Shown one piece after another: positions 40,547 to 52,348 of a DNA stretch of 55,782 bases. The stretch lies in the NCBI GenBank assembly GCA_947449945.1, contig CANFTO010000003.1, forward strand, positions 1-55,782. The letters run 5' to 3'. Numbering within the stretch: the stretch's first letter is position 1; each line of letters begins with the position of its first letter. This DNA comes from Actinomycetota bacterium (GTDB taxonomy: Bacteria > Actinomycetota > Actinomycetes > S36-B12). Under the pieces are notes generated by a model. That model was not told where the DNA came from, ran no database searches, and worked only from the letters and a program-made list of their open reading frames with translations. Both the position numbers and the translations under genes were made by a program.

Positions 40547-41445
40547 GTCGTATCGCCGAATCCTTCTTCTGGCTCGGTCGGTACATCGAACGCGCTGAAG
40601 CAACGACTCGCATTCTGGGTGAGCATTACCAACTCATCGTTGAAGACCAGTCAATTTCAGAACCGATGGCTTGTGCCGTGCTTCTTGACGCACTCTCCAT
40701 GCCACATATTGGTGTTGAAGATGGTCTCTTGTTAGTACGTAGCGTTGTTGGTGAATCAGGATTGCCCGCCACGATTACTGGCGCAGTCGGTGCTGGGCGC
40801 GACAACGCCCGTGCAGTTCGCGATTCACTTTCCACTGACACGTTCGAAGCACTGAACGCAGCTCACCTGTTTCTCTCACGTGGACTTACCCACTCATCTA
40901 GCCCTGGCGTTGGACTGCACCGAATTTTGGAAAGACTCCTCGTTGTCAACGGAGTAATCGACTGGACCATGCCACGCGATGAGGCGTACTACTTCATGAA
41001 GCTTGGTCGCAATATCGAACGCATCGACATGATGGGTCGATTGCTTGCCATGCGACATGAACAATTATGGCCAAACTCTGGGCCAGTCGCAGTGCTACGT
41101 GCAGCCGGCGCACTCTCGGCATTTTTACGCAAGAGTGGGCCTTTCCAAGGCGCAGATGTGCGCAAGTTCCTCGTGCTCGATGAAACTTTCCCGCGTTCAA
41201 TGCGGATGTGTGCAGCCGACGCTGAACTGGCAGTTCGCTCCCTTGAAGGGTTGGGTGTAGGCGATGGGGGCATGCTGTTACGTGAAGTCGGCATGCTGCG
41301 TTCCTCATTGGAATACACCACCAGTGATGACCCGGCAGAGATTGATCGCTTGATCGCTGATGCTCGCCAGGCAGCAATTCGTGCGTCAAACCAAGCGAAT
41401 AAGGCGTTCTTCCGCCAGCACGGCACGATCGTTTGGAGCCACTAA
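40540..41445 (+). CDS. Alpha-E domain protein
   Basis: MLSRIAESFFWLGRYIERAE, LGRNIERID, FPRS. Confidence 0.92.
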   Translation: MLSRIAESFFWLGRYIERAEATTRILGEHYQLIVEDQSISEPMACAVLLDALSMPHIGVEDGLLLVRSVVGESGLPATITGAVGAGRDNARAVRDSLSTDTFEALNAAHLFLSRGLTHSSSPGVGLHRILERLLVVNGVIDWTMPRDEAYYFMKLGRNIERIDMMGRLLAMRHEQLWPNSGPVAVLRAAGALSAFLRKSGPFQGADVRKFLVLDETFPRSMRMCAADAELAVRSLEGLGVGDGGMLLREVGMLRSSLEYTTSDDPAEIDRLIADARQAAIRASNQANKAFFRQHGTIVWSH

Positions 41446-42320
41446 TGAACAACGCCTTACATACCGGTCGTCGTCTTCGCATTTCACATCACACTGGATA
41501 TCAATACGCGGCTTCTGTTGAAGCTTCCTTCAACGAGGTGCGAATGAGTCCCCTCAATGGCGATGGACAGGTTCTCCTTAGTCACGAGTTACGCATTGAG
41601 CCTTACGCATCTGTTCAGACGTACACAGATTATTGGGGTGCGTTTGTTGAATCTTTCGACGTACACACTCCTCATCGCGTTCTCGAGGTCACTTCAATAA
41701 GCACCGTCGATATACCGCCCATGAAAGCTGAAATTCCCGGTGGTTCTTGGCATAGCGTGCACAGTGATGACACTCAGGAACGATGGGTGGAATACCTCAC
41801 GAACACGTCGTACGTTGACTCACCTGAAAGTGATGTGACGCGCATGTCTATCGTGCGTGACTTACGCCATACAGGCAGTCCTGCTATTGCCGTGCACGCA
41901 GCGATGGAAGCCGTACGGAGTCAGATTACGTACACACCTGGAGCAACCAACGTCTCGACCACTGCTGGTCAAGCCTGGGCTAGCGGTGTTGGTGTGTGTC
42001 AAGACTTCACTCATGCAATGTTGTCGATCTTGCGCGCGTTAAAGATTCCTGCGCGTTACGTCAGCGGCTATCTGCATAGTGAAGAAGAAGCAATGGGAAT
42101 GACCGTGACTGGTGAATCACACGCCTGGGTGGAGTACTGGGATCACGGTTGGCATGCGATTGATCCAACGAACAATCGCGCAGTTGGTGCAGCGCACGTC
42201 GTGGTCGCGCGGGGGCGCGACTACGGCGATGTGCCGCCACTCAAAGGTATTTATGCTGGCGGGAAGAGTGGCAGCTTGGGTGTGACTGTGGAGATCACTC
42301 AGATTGCCAACACGATCTAG
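41445..42320 (+). CDS. Transglutaminase-like protein
   Basis: GVCQDFTH, ARYVSGYL, SHAWVE, DPTN, GRDYGDVPP. Confidence 0.93.
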   Translation: MNNALHTGRRLRISHHTGYQYAASVEASFNEVRMSPLNGDGQVLLSHELRIEPYASVQTYTDYWGAFVESFDVHTPHRVLEVTSISTVDIPPMKAEIPGGSWHSVHSDDTQERWVEYLTNTSYVDSPESDVTRMSIVRDLRHTGSPAIAVHAAMEAVRSQITYTPGATNVSTTAGQAWASGVGVCQDFTHAMLSILRALKIPARYVSGYLHSEEEAMGMTVTGESHAWVEYWDHGWHAIDPTNNRAVGAAHVVVARGRDYGDVPPLKGIYAGGKSGSLGVTVEITQIANTI

Positions 42321-42337
42321 ATGTGAACGGGCTATGA

Positions 42338-42619
42338 CTAGCTACGTACCAGCCGAGCAATTGCTGCGGTGACTTCGGAGAGTTTTTCGTCCATATCAAC
42401 GGAGTCATCGTTCATTGCATCCGTGACACACTGCCCAAGATGCCCTTCGAGCATCAGGATCGCCACTGATTGCAATGCCTTGGTGACCGCAGAAACCTGA
42501 GTCAAGACATCCATGCATTGCTCGTCTTCTTCAACCATCCGATGCAGCCCACGGATCTGACCTTCAATGCGGCGCAGGCGCACGAGCACTGCGGCATTGC
42601 TCTCTGAAACCTCTGACAT
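42338..42619 (-). CDS. CsoR/RicR-family metal-sensing repressor
   Basis: RLRRIEGQIRGL, C...HLGQC ligand set, C-terminal AIARLVRS. Confidence 0.92.
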   Translation of the reverse strand: MSEVSESNAAVLVRLRRIEGQIRGLHRMVEEDEQCMDVLTQVSAVTKALQSVAILMLEGHLGQCVTDAMNDDSVDMDEKLSEVTAAIARLVRS

Positions 42620-42644
42620 AACGACCTCCGGGACACCACTCTAG

Positions 42645-42659
42645 TACCCACTGGGGGTA
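42645..42659. promoter_or_regulatory. CsoR/RicR operator (autoregulatory)
   Basis: TACCC-ACTGG-GGGTA palindrome 26 nt upstream of the start. Confidence 0.75.
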
Positions 42660-42683
42660 TCTGGCATCTTGACGATTAGTCAG

Positions 42684-43913
42684 TTAGTCGATGACTACAG
42701 GGCGCGAACCCACACCCCACACCACGTAGTTCCACATCCAGTTCGCTACGACGCTTACCCGGTTACGGCCGCCAGCCAAATAGAACACGTGCAATCCAAG
42801 CCACGCCAACCAAGCTGGTGTGCCATGAAGTCGGATTCCCTTGGCTTCAACCACGGCACGGCGGCGACCAATTGTGGCCATTTGGCCTTTGTCTTTGTAT
42901 ACAAATTCGGTCAGAGCCTTGCCCTGATGCTTGGCCTTGATCTGCTTGCCCACATGGATTCCCATTTGCATTGCAACAGGCGCGATCATCGGCAGTGCTC
43001 GACCATCTGGGCCTTCAAGGGAAGCTGCGTCTCCAATAATCCACACACCATCGGTGAGTTCTAAGTTCTTATCTACCCGAAGGCGATTTGAGCGATCCGC
43101 TAGGCCAAGGGTCGCCCACTGTTCATGTGCTGCGACACCTGCGGCCCAGACAATCGTTCCCGCGTTCAATACTTCGCCGGACTTCAAATGCACGTCGGTT
43201 GGATACATGCGGTCGACCGATGCGTCAACGAGTACTCGCGCACCAAGATCTTCGAGCTCACTCTTTGCATGCGCACTCGACTTCTCGCTGAACATCGGCA
43301 ACAGTCGAGGGCCTGCCTCAACTAACGTGACAGATGCGTATTGCGCGAGGTCTGGGAATTCACGCTTCATAGAACGTTGGAGCTCGGCGACCGCGCCAGT
43401 GACTTCAACACCCGTTGGCCCACCACCAACAACAACGACACGCAAGTGCTCTTTTGGCCGATGCCCATTTTCAATTTCTTCGTAAGTGTTAAGCAAGTTA
43501 TTGCGAATTTCGCGTGCTTCACCCATCGTTTTCATTTGTAACGCGTTTTCCGCAACCCCCGGAACACCAAATGTTGTCCCTGTACTACCGGTTGCCAACA
43601 CCAAATCATCAAATGGCAGCACTGCACCATCTTCAAGTCGAAGGTTCTTACGCTCAGTGTCAATACGCACGACATCCCCACGGCGGAAATCTACGCCGGG
43701 GATAGCGCCACGCACTGAATAGGCGATGTCATCTTCTGACAAGCCACCTGTTGCAACCTGATACAACAACGGAGCAAATAGTTGGTAGGGATTGCGATCA
43801 ATGAGCGTGACGTGAATGCCATCGGTTTTGCTCAATTCACGAGCAGCCCGAAGCCCGCCGAAACCGGCGCCAATGACTAAGACCTTACGATCGCCTTCTC
43901 GAGCTTCAGTCAT
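42684..43913 (-). CDS. ndh: Type II NADH dehydrogenase-like FAD oxidoreductase
   Basis: IGAGFGG, PLLYQVATG, VGGGPTGVE, YKDKGQMATIGR. Confidence 0.88.
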   Translation of the reverse strand: MTEAREGDRKVLVIGAGFGGLRAARELSKTDGIHVTLIDRNPYQLFAPLLYQVATGGLSEDDIAYSVRGAIPGVDFRRGDVVRIDTERKNLRLEDGAVLPFDDLVLATGSTGTTFGVPGVAENALQMKTMGEAREIRNNLLNTYEEIENGHRPKEHLRVVVVGGGPTGVEVTGAVAELQRSMKREFPDLAQYASVTLVEAGPRLLPMFSEKSSAHAKSELEDLGARVLVDASVDRMYPTDVHLKSGEVLNAGTIVWAAGVAAHEQWATLGLADRSNRLRVDKNLELTDGVWIIGDAASLEGPDGRALPMIAPVAMQMGIHVGKQIKAKHQGKALTEFVYKDKGQMATIGRRRAVVEAKGIRLHGTPAWLAWLGLHVFYLAGGRNRVSVVANWMWNYVVWGVGSRPVVID

Positions 43914-43946
43914 GTCTGCAAACCCAACGTCGTGAGTGCGAAAATA

Positions 43947-44849
43947 CTAGGCAATTTCAGGAACTGTGTTGTTCAATCGAGTCATTTGCTCTGCTGACAA
44001 CTGCACTGTTGCTGAACGAACAATCGATTCGGCAGTTGCCGGGCGAGTCGCTCCTGGAATGTTGATGACAACTGGCGAAAGTTGCGAGAGCCAAGCAAGG
44101 GCAACCTCTTGAGCTGTCGCATTGACTTCAGTGCCGACTTCAGCGAAGTCCACGTAACGTGAACCCACTTCAGCATGCTGCGAAGCGCCGCCAAGTGGTG
44201 ACCATGGCAAGTAGGCCAGACCAAGTTCGGTGCAGCGATGCAGTGCCACGGTGTTCGCGCGGTATTTCGGTGAGTACTGGTTCTGCACCGACACCAATCC
44301 ACCATCCGCAGGGCCACCAAGAATGTCGATGGCAATGTTGATCTGAACGTCATCGGCGTTTGAAATGCCGATGCGCTTGATGAGCCCATCGTTCTTCAGC
44401 GCCAACAGCGCCTTCATTTGATCGACGTAGTTGAGCGTTGGATCTGGGCGGTGATGCTGATACAGCGCAATTTGTGAAACACCCAAATTCGTCAGGCTCT
44501 TCTCACATGCAGCCCGCAAGGACTCTGGCCGCGAGTCTGATCCGAAAATTCCACCAGATTCGCGAGTAATGCCGCCCTTGGTAGTCACCAATACGTCAGC
44601 CATATTTGCTGAGCCGGTGTAAGTGCGCATTGCTTCAGCGACGAGCAGTTCGTTGTGACCCATCGTTGATGAAGACGGTGCGTAGATATTCGCGGTGTCA
44701 AAGAAGGTGACACCCAAGTCAAGAGCACGATGAATAGTTGCGATCATCCCGTCACGGTTTTCCAGCTTTTCTGGAAATGACATTGGCATGCAGCCAATTC
44801 CGACGGAAGAAACCTGGAGATCACCAATGCGGCGCTGTGGCAGAGTCAT
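43947..44849 (-). CDS. Aldo/keto reductase
   Basis: GIGCMPMS, FDTANIY, LYQHHRPD, YLPWSPLGG, IPGA. Confidence 0.92.
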   Translation of the reverse strand: MTLPQRRIGDLQVSSVGIGCMPMSFPEKLENRDGMIATIHRALDLGVTFFDTANIYAPSSSTMGHNELLVAEAMRTYTGSANMADVLVTTKGGITRESGGIFGSDSRPESLRAACEKSLTNLGVSQIALYQHHRPDPTLNYVDQMKALLALKNDGLIKRIGISNADDVQINIAIDILGGPADGGLVSVQNQYSPKYRANTVALHRCTELGLAYLPWSPLGGASQHAEVGSRYVDFAEVGTEVNATAQEVALAWLSQLSPVVINIPGATRPATAESIVRSATVQLSAEQMTRLNNTVPEIA

Positions 44850-44871
44850 TCCCAGAGTCTAGCGGCGAATA

Positions 44872-46674
44872 TCAGGTGAGGGATTCGGCTACAACTAGCC
44901 ATTCGGCATCGAGATCGTCACGCTTTCGACCGATTTCCTGCAATCTCCGATTCATTTCAGCCAAGCGTTCATGGTCAGTTGAAGCTTCAGCCATCTTGCC
45001 GTGAATTGTGGCCTCTTCTTCTTCTAATTTCGCCAGCGTGCGTTCAATGCGAGCCAGATCCTTTTCAATGATGCGTCGTTCACCCGCACTCAAGCCAGGC
45101 GCTTGCTCCTTCGCGGTGGTCGCATCTGGCGTCGAAGTCCGCGACGACGCAACAGTGTGGCCACGCATAGAGCGACGACGCTCAATGAATTCATCAATTC
45201 CGCCGGTCAAGTGAGTGACAGTGCCGTCGCCGAATAGCGCGTAATTGTCATCGCACACTCGTTCAAGGAAATACCTGTCGTGGGAAATCACTATCAAAGT
45301 GCCAGCGAAGCTATCGAGTAGATCTTCAAGCGCCGTGAGTGTCTCAACGTCGAAATCGTTCGTTGGTTCGTCGAGTACCAACACGTTAGGTCCACCCATG
45401 AGCAAGCGAGTCAATTGCAGGCGTCGACGTTCACCACCTGAAAGATCTCCAACCGGCGTCCACTGCCCATCAGCGTTAAAGCCAAGGCGTTCGCACAGTT
45501 GTGATGCAGATAGTTCGCGGCCTTTGCCTAACTCAACTCGTGATGCAACTTTTTCAACTGCCTCAAGTACGCGCCACTTTGGGTCGAGTTCTTCCAGATG
45601 CTGCGAAAGATACGCAGGTTTAACCGTGACACCAGTAATGAGTTTTCCTTCTGCCGGTGGAAGTTCGCCGAGCAGCATGCGAATAAGTGAGGTTTTACCC
45701 GCACCATTCGCACCGAGCAGGCCAATGCGATCACCGGGGCCGAAATTAAGGTTGACACGATCCAAGAGGCGACGCCCAGCAATATCCATTGATGCGTCTT
45801 GCAGTTCGAATACTGATTTACCTAGACGAGCCCCAGCAAAAGCAAGCAGTTCCGTGGTGTTGCGTGGAGGTGGCTCATTTTCAATGAGTTCATTTGCAGC
45901 ATCGATACGAAATTTTGGCTTCGAGGTACGCGCAGGTGCACCGCGACGCAACCAAGCGAGCTCTTTGCGCAATAGGTTCTGTCGTCGAGCTTCAGATGAG
46001 GATGCTTGACGATCGCGTTCAGCTTTCGCGAGCACGTAGGCGGAATAGCCGCCGTCATATTCCTCAACTTGGCCGAGCACAACTTCCCATGTGCGATCAC
46101 ACAGTGCATCCAAGAACCAGCGATCGTGCGTGACGACCACGATTGCTAATTTCGGGCGAGACTTCAGATGATCAACGAGCCACGAAATGACATCGACATC
46201 GAGATGGTTCGTTGGTTCGTCAAGCAACAACAGGTCACAGTCATTAATAAGAGCTTTGGCCAACTGCACGCGTCGACGTTCCCCACCCGACATTGAAGCA
46301 ACGCGAGCATTCAGGAGTTCTTCGTTGAACCCTCCGAGCAAACCTGTGAGTACATCGCGCACTCGAGCGTCGCCAGCCCATTCATGAATTGGCCTCCCGG
46401 GCACGACCACACTTGCCACAGTTGCATCGGCATCGGGGCTATCAATCTGCGACACCATTTCCACGTGAACATCGGATCCGACGGTCACTCGCCCTGAATC
46501 CACCGTCTCAATTCCGGTGAAAACTTTCAGCAGGGTGCTCTTGCCGGCACCGTTTCGACCCACCACTGCGATCCGTTCGCCAGCGCTCACACCTAGGGAG
46601 ACTCGCTCAAGGAGCGGGCGCTTACCGAAAGACTTTGAGACAGCTTCAATATTGACGAGATTTTTGGGGGCCAC
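44872..46674 (-). CDS. ABC-F family ATPase (Uup-like)
   Basis: Two ABC domains (GRNGAGKST, GANGAGKT, SGGERRR, LDEPTN), no TM helices, C-terminal coiled coil. Confidence 0.92.
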   Translation of the reverse strand: MAPKNLVNIEAVSKSFGKRPLLERVSLGVSAGERIAVVGRNGAGKSTLLKVFTGIETVDSGRVTVGSDVHVEMVSQIDSPDADATVASVVVPGRPIHEWAGDARVRDVLTGLLGGFNEELLNARVASMSGGERRRVQLAKALINDCDLLLLDEPTNHLDVDVISWLVDHLKSRPKLAIVVVTHDRWFLDALCDRTWEVVLGQVEEYDGGYSAYVLAKAERDRQASSSEARRQNLLRKELAWLRRGAPARTSKPKFRIDAANELIENEPPPRNTTELLAFAGARLGKSVFELQDASMDIAGRRLLDRVNLNFGPGDRIGLLGANGAGKTSLIRMLLGELPPAEGKLITGVTVKPAYLSQHLEELDPKWRVLEAVEKVASRVELGKGRELSASQLCERLGFNADGQWTPVGDLSGGERRRLQLTRLLMGGPNVLVLDEPTNDFDVETLTALEDLLDSFAGTLIVISHDRYFLERVCDDNYALFGDGTVTHLTGGIDEFIERRRSMRGHTVASSRTSTPDATTAKEQAPGLSAGERRIIEKDLARIERTLAKLEEEEATIHGKMAEASTDHERLAEMNRRLQEIGRKRDDLDAEWLVVAESLT

Positions 46675-46739
46675 GACGCCATCCTCGCAAAGTGCTCAAA
46701 TGTCCGGCACAGCGCACGTTGATCAGTTACTGTCCGCGA

Positions 46740-47792
46740 ATGCGTTGGCCCCTGTCCAGGGGGGATAAAGAGGCCACGACTGCAGAACCTGAGGGCTCAA
46801 CTGTCGTGGCGATGTACGGCAATGGACTTCATGTTCCAGTGTTGCCGGACACGATCGTTCCGATTCTTCAACGATTACGCGCTCATGTCACACCTAATGC
46901 CGAGTCACATTTCCGCGTGGATTGGGCTGGCATTCGCACGCGTATTGGCATGCTGCCGTGGGCTCCACAAGAACTTGCAGGAACAACCACAGATCGCCTT
47001 CCCGTACCAACCGACGGTTACCGCTCTGAAGCTGAGGAATACGTCGGCCTGGCTCTATCACTGGTCAATGACCGCGACTCGTATCGCATTGTTGAAGTGG
47101 GTGCTGGGTGGGCGCCGTGGGTAGTGATGGGCACCGCAATCGCAAAGCGCGAAGGCAAGAGTGTCACTGGTATTGCTGTTGAAGCTGATGAAATGCGTGC
47201 AAGTTGGGCCTTGCAACATGCACAAGACAACTCCATTGAAGTTCGCCACGTAACGGGCACCAGTCAATCAATTCGCGAGCAACTCGGCGAACATCCGACA
47301 GATATGACCGTGGTGCAAGCGGCATGCTGGTTCGAAGAAACCATCTTGCAATTTCCGAAATTGACTGACGATGACATGGGCGGTGCTGTCAGTACTGACG
47401 ACAACGCGCACATGGATTACCGCGGAGCCTTCTTCGATCACGTAGACGTGCCAACGGTCACCCTCGAGACTTTGCTGGCAGGCGATGAACCAACTGACTT
47501 GCTCCATATTGATTTACAAGGTCGCGAACTTGATGTGATCTTGCCGGATTTGGAACTCATCGCTCAAAAGGTTCGTTTCCTTGCTGTTGGCACTCACAAC
47601 AGATACGTCGAAGGCATGCTTCAAGAACATTTGCTCAAGCGTGAATGGGCCCTGCTCATGGAATCCCCGTGCACAGCCGTATTTGACGGGGTCAAGCCCA
47701 GCCTTACTGGCTTCACCACCCAAGATGGCAACCAGCTCTACGCCAACTCACGCTTCCGCGACGCTGACCCGCTTCTCATTCGCCAGCGCTAA
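46740..47792 (+). CDS. FkbM-like SAM-dependent methyltransferase
   Basis: IVEVGAGW, AVEAD, VPTVTLETL, LLHIDLQGRE. Confidence 0.7.
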   Translation: MRWPLSRGDKEATTAEPEGSTVVAMYGNGLHVPVLPDTIVPILQRLRAHVTPNAESHFRVDWAGIRTRIGMLPWAPQELAGTTTDRLPVPTDGYRSEAEEYVGLALSLVNDRDSYRIVEVGAGWAPWVVMGTAIAKREGKSVTGIAVEADEMRASWALQHAQDNSIEVRHVTGTSQSIREQLGEHPTDMTVVQAACWFEETILQFPKLTDDDMGGAVSTDDNAHMDYRGAFFDHVDVPTVTLETLLAGDEPTDLLHIDLQGRELDVILPDLELIAQKVRFLAVGTHNRYVEGMLQEHLLKREWALLMESPCTAVFDGVKPSLTGFTTQDGNQLYANSRFRDADPLLIRQR

Positions 47793-47800
47793 TCCCTCAC

Positions 47801-47842
47801 GAAATCCCCCAGAAACGCCCGTTTACGAAATCTGTCTGTAAC
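47801..47842 (+). promoter_or_regulatory. Putative GlnR boxes upstream of amtB
   Basis: GAAAT-N6-GAAAC (47801-47816) and GAAAT-N6-GTAAC (47827-47842) resemble gTnAc-N6-GaAAc. Confidence 0.5.
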
Positions 47843-47903
47843 ACAACTGGGTGAGACTGCGCCGCTGGTCTGGAATGGTCTGACCGTGTTGAAGGAGCCT
47901 TAC

Positions 47904-49573
<1,670 letters not shown>

Positions 49574-49583
49574 CGCTTCGAAT

Positions 49584-49626
49584 ATGAAAGTCCCCCTGAC
49601 CTCAGGTTGGTCAGGGGGACTTTCAT
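49584..49626 (+). terminator. Terminator after glnK
   Basis: ATGAAAGTCCCCCTGACC...GGTCAGGGGGACTTTCAT. Confidence 0.85.
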
Positions 49627-49632
49627 CATCTT

Positions 49633-49659
49633 GTGGAGACTCAGGCGTTTAGTCTCCGC
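49633..49659 (-). terminator. Hairpin downstream of the secreted repeat protein
   Basis: GGAGACT...AGTCTCC. Confidence 0.45.
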
Positions 49660-49702
49660 GGAGGAATCACTACTGACGCAGGCACGTCATTAGTTTGGAA
49701 AG

Positions 49703-50263
49703 TCATGGTGTTTGCCTTGGCCTTGGAGTGCCGGCAGTTTGTGCCGGCCGTGGAGCCTTGGTTTCCTTCGCAACAGGAGAAGCCGATGGTGCTGTCGGCC
49801 GTGGAGCCTTGGTTTCTTTCGCAACAGGAGAAGCCGATGGTGCTGTCGGCCGTGGAGCCGAGGTTTCCTTTGTTGGCTTTGGAGCCGGTTTCGGAATCGC
49901 ATCAAGTGCGGCTTGTCGGGCCGCAATTGCCGATGCAACATCAGCCCGACGATTTGCATGAGCCGCAGCTTTCGCGGCAGCTGTTTTTGCAGACGCCATT
50001 GCTTGATCGAATCTTGCTGTTGCAGCATCGACAGCAGCTTTGAATGCATCGTTTACAACTCGTCGCGCTGCTTCCTGCGCATCTCGAGGAGCGACCCGGA
50101 CGTTAGCGACCTGATGAACTGCCCCCGCAGTCACCGGTCGAGCTGCCCCCGCAGCTTGCTGTCCAGGAGGAGTGGGGTGTGAGTCAGCAAACGCCGCTGG
50201 AGCACTGGCCAACAGGATGACTCCCGTTAACGCACCTGCCGCCAGACCTGCGGTCCGCTTCAT
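49703..50263 (-). CDS. Secreted Ala-rich helical protein with a Pro/Thr-rich 17-aa repeat tail
   Basis: GGGAGG RBS; MKRTAGLAAGALTGVILLASAPAAFA|D signal peptide; KETKAPRPTAPSASPVA repeats. Confidence 0.75.
   Translation of the reverse strand: MKRTAGLAAGALTGVILLASAPAAFADSHPTPPGQQAAGAARPVTAGAVHQVANVRVAPRDAQEAARRVVNDAFKAAVDAATARFDQAMASAKTAAAKAAAHANRRADVASAIAARQAALDAIPKPAPKPTKETSAPRPTAPSASPVAKETKAPRPTAPSASPVAKETKAPRPAQTAGTPRPRQTP
49745..49872. repeat. 51-bp tandem repeat (about 2.5 copies), in frame
   Basis: CGGCCGTGGAGCC... starts at 49745, 49796 and 49847. Confidence 0.9.
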
Positions 50264-50317
50264 CTCCGACCCTCCCTGATCACTACTGAAGACCTGAAAG
50301 AAGCATCCACCCCATTT

Positions 50318-50334
50318 CTGTGAAATTCCTGTGA
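50318..50334 (-). promoter_or_regulatory. OmpR/PhoP-type direct repeat
   Basis: Minus strand TCACAG-gaatt-TCACAG (11-bp period). Confidence 0.65.
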
Positions 50335-50424
50335 GTTCTCTGCCCAAACCCCTAATTTGGCAGTTCGGACTAGTCATGGACGTACCGTCCTTACCTCCAG
50401 ATAGATTTCCCACAGGAGGTAGAC

Positions 50425-51108
50425 ATGAGCCAGCCAACGATTCTGATCGTTGACGATGAGCCAGGAGTGCGTGAGCTCCTGAGCGATGCCCTTGGCATGT
50501 CTGGCTACCTCACCCTCACCGCTCCTGACGGCGTCGAGGCCCTCAATATCCTGCTCAAGCAGCCAGTTGATCTCATGCTCATTGACATCAATATGCCAAA
50601 AATGGACGGGTTCGAACTTTTAGAGCGCCATCGCAAAGACGGGCACCAAACCCCCGCCATCATGCTGAGCGCCCGTGGAGACCGCGCCGACATCACCAAC
50701 GGACTGAAGATTGGCGCGGATGACTATGTGACGAAGCCGTTTGGTCTAGAAGAACTCGTACTGAGAGTGGCGGCGGTGCTGCGTCGCACTATGCCTGCAA
50801 CCCAAGTGGATGCCGTACTTCAGTGTGGACCGATCATCCTTGATCAGGGTCGTCATCTCGTGAAGTACCAAAACGAAATCATCGACCTCACTCAAACAGA
50901 ATTTCGTCTTCTTGAAGAACTCATGTTGCGCGCCGGATTCGTTGTTAGTAAGGAAGCGCTACTTCGCGCAGTTTGGGATATTGACTTTGAAAGTAACACC
51001 AGTGTCGTCGATACCTATATTTCGTATTTACGAAAGAAACTTCACACCGATGAATACGAAGGTATCCGTACGATTCGCGGTGCGGGTTTCCAACTCACGG
51101 CTAAGTAA
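50425..51108 (+). CDS. OmpR-family response regulator (PhoP/TcrX-like)
   Basis: IVDDE, DINMP, GADDYVTKPF, VWDIDFESNTSVVDTYISYLRKK. Confidence 0.93.
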   Translation: MSQPTILIVDDEPGVRELLSDALGMSGYLTLTAPDGVEALNILLKQPVDLMLIDINMPKMDGFELLERHRKDGHQTPAIMLSARGDRADITNGLKIGADDYVTKPFGLEELVLRVAAVLRRTMPATQVDAVLQCGPIILDQGRHLVKYQNEIIDLTQTEFRLLEELMLRAGFVVSKEALLRAVWDIDFESNTSVVDTYISYLRKKLHTDEYEGIRTIRGAGFQLTAK

Positions 51109-52343
51109 TGAAACTACAAACCCGTCTCACCATTACGGTGACATTGATCATCGCATTCATTGCTGTGGCAATCGGCGGGTTTGCAATTCTTCGATCTGAA
51201 TCTGTTGAATTAAACCGGCTTGACAGTGTGCTCGTTGATTATTCAACACAGCTTGCTACAACGGAAGATGATCCGTTGATGCTTTCGCAGTTTTTGGTGG
51301 ATGACAGTCCCTTCCCAGTAGCGATGACTTACCTCACCCCAGACGGTGATGTCGTTCAACTTTCCGACAGTGAAAGCGGGTTGCAAGAAGCTCCGACGAA
51401 ACAAGAACTCATTGAGTCAATCGCTCATCCAATATCACTTGATGCCCCAAGTCCCGTGCGCATGAGTGCTGCTCCACTTGGAGATCGCGATTACCTTTTA
51501 GTCTCAACCTCATTGGAACCTGTGATCAGCAATCGCGCTGATCAGATCAAACTCCTGTCACTTTTCACCCTCGGCATGATGCTGCTTGGATTCCTGGTGA
51601 CATTCGTGTTTTTCCGTCGAGATAGTCAGCTCGCCAATCTCGTCACCGCTCTGGAACAACGACAAAAGTACATGCAGGAGTTCTTAGGAGATGCTTCACA
51701 TGAACTTCGCACACCTCTGACAGTTATCAAAGGCTACGTCGAACTTCTTTCGACGAACAATGTCACTGATTCCGCACAATTGGAGCGTTACTACTCGCGC
51801 ATGGGAACTGAGATCGAGCGCATGGAGGGGCTGATTCGTGATTTGTTGCTCATCGCAGAGCTATCAGAAGATAGTTCGCGCGAGCAGGAGGAATTCAACC
51901 TTTCAAGTGCCTTGCAGCATCAAATTACGGATCTTGAACACCTTGAACCCGCACGCCCTATCTCGCAATCAGTAGAAAGCGATGTCTCCATCGTGTGTTC
52001 ACCTGACTTGATGGTGCGTTTACTTTCTAATGTCTTCTCAAATATTCGACGACATACGCCGATCGAAGCTCCCGTGAACATTTCCCTCAAAAAGATACGC
52101 ACTGAAGTAGTACTCATCATTGAAGATGGTGGCCCGGGATTGCCTGCCGACGCCTACTCAGCAGGTATTCAATTCTTCCAACGCTTTGATCAATCTCGTT
52201 CCCGTGAGTCTGGTGGCTCAGGGCTTGGTATGAGCATCATGCGCGGCATTGCGGATTCAGCAGGCGGAACCATCGAGCTTCACCCAAGCACTCTCGGCGG
52301 TCTCGCCGTGCATATGACGTTCCCTATAAACACAAATAAGTAA
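51108..52343 (+). CDS. Membrane sensor histidine kinase
   Basis: Two TM helices, DASHELRTPL, N box, DGGPG, GGSGLGMSI. Confidence 0.93.
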   Translation: MKLQTRLTITVTLIIAFIAVAIGGFAILRSESVELNRLDSVLVDYSTQLATTEDDPLMLSQFLVDDSPFPVAMTYLTPDGDVVQLSDSESGLQEAPTKQELIESIAHPISLDAPSPVRMSAAPLGDRDYLLVSTSLEPVISNRADQIKLLSLFTLGMMLLGFLVTFVFFRRDSQLANLVTALEQRQKYMQEFLGDASHELRTPLTVIKGYVELLSTNNVTDSAQLERYYSRMGTEIERMEGLIRDLLLIAELSEDSSREQEEFNLSSALQHQITDLEHLEPARPISQSVESDVSIVCSPDLMVRLLSNVFSNIRRHTPIEAPVNISLKKIRTEVVLIIEDGGPGLPADAYSAGIQFFQRFDQSRSRESGGSGLGMSIMRGIADSAGGTIELHPSTLGGLAVHMTFPINTNK

Positions 52344-52348
52344 CGACG

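Noticed and set aside
49745-49872. CRISPR array
   Set aside because: Contiguous 51-bp in-frame coding repeats with no unique spacers and no cas genes.
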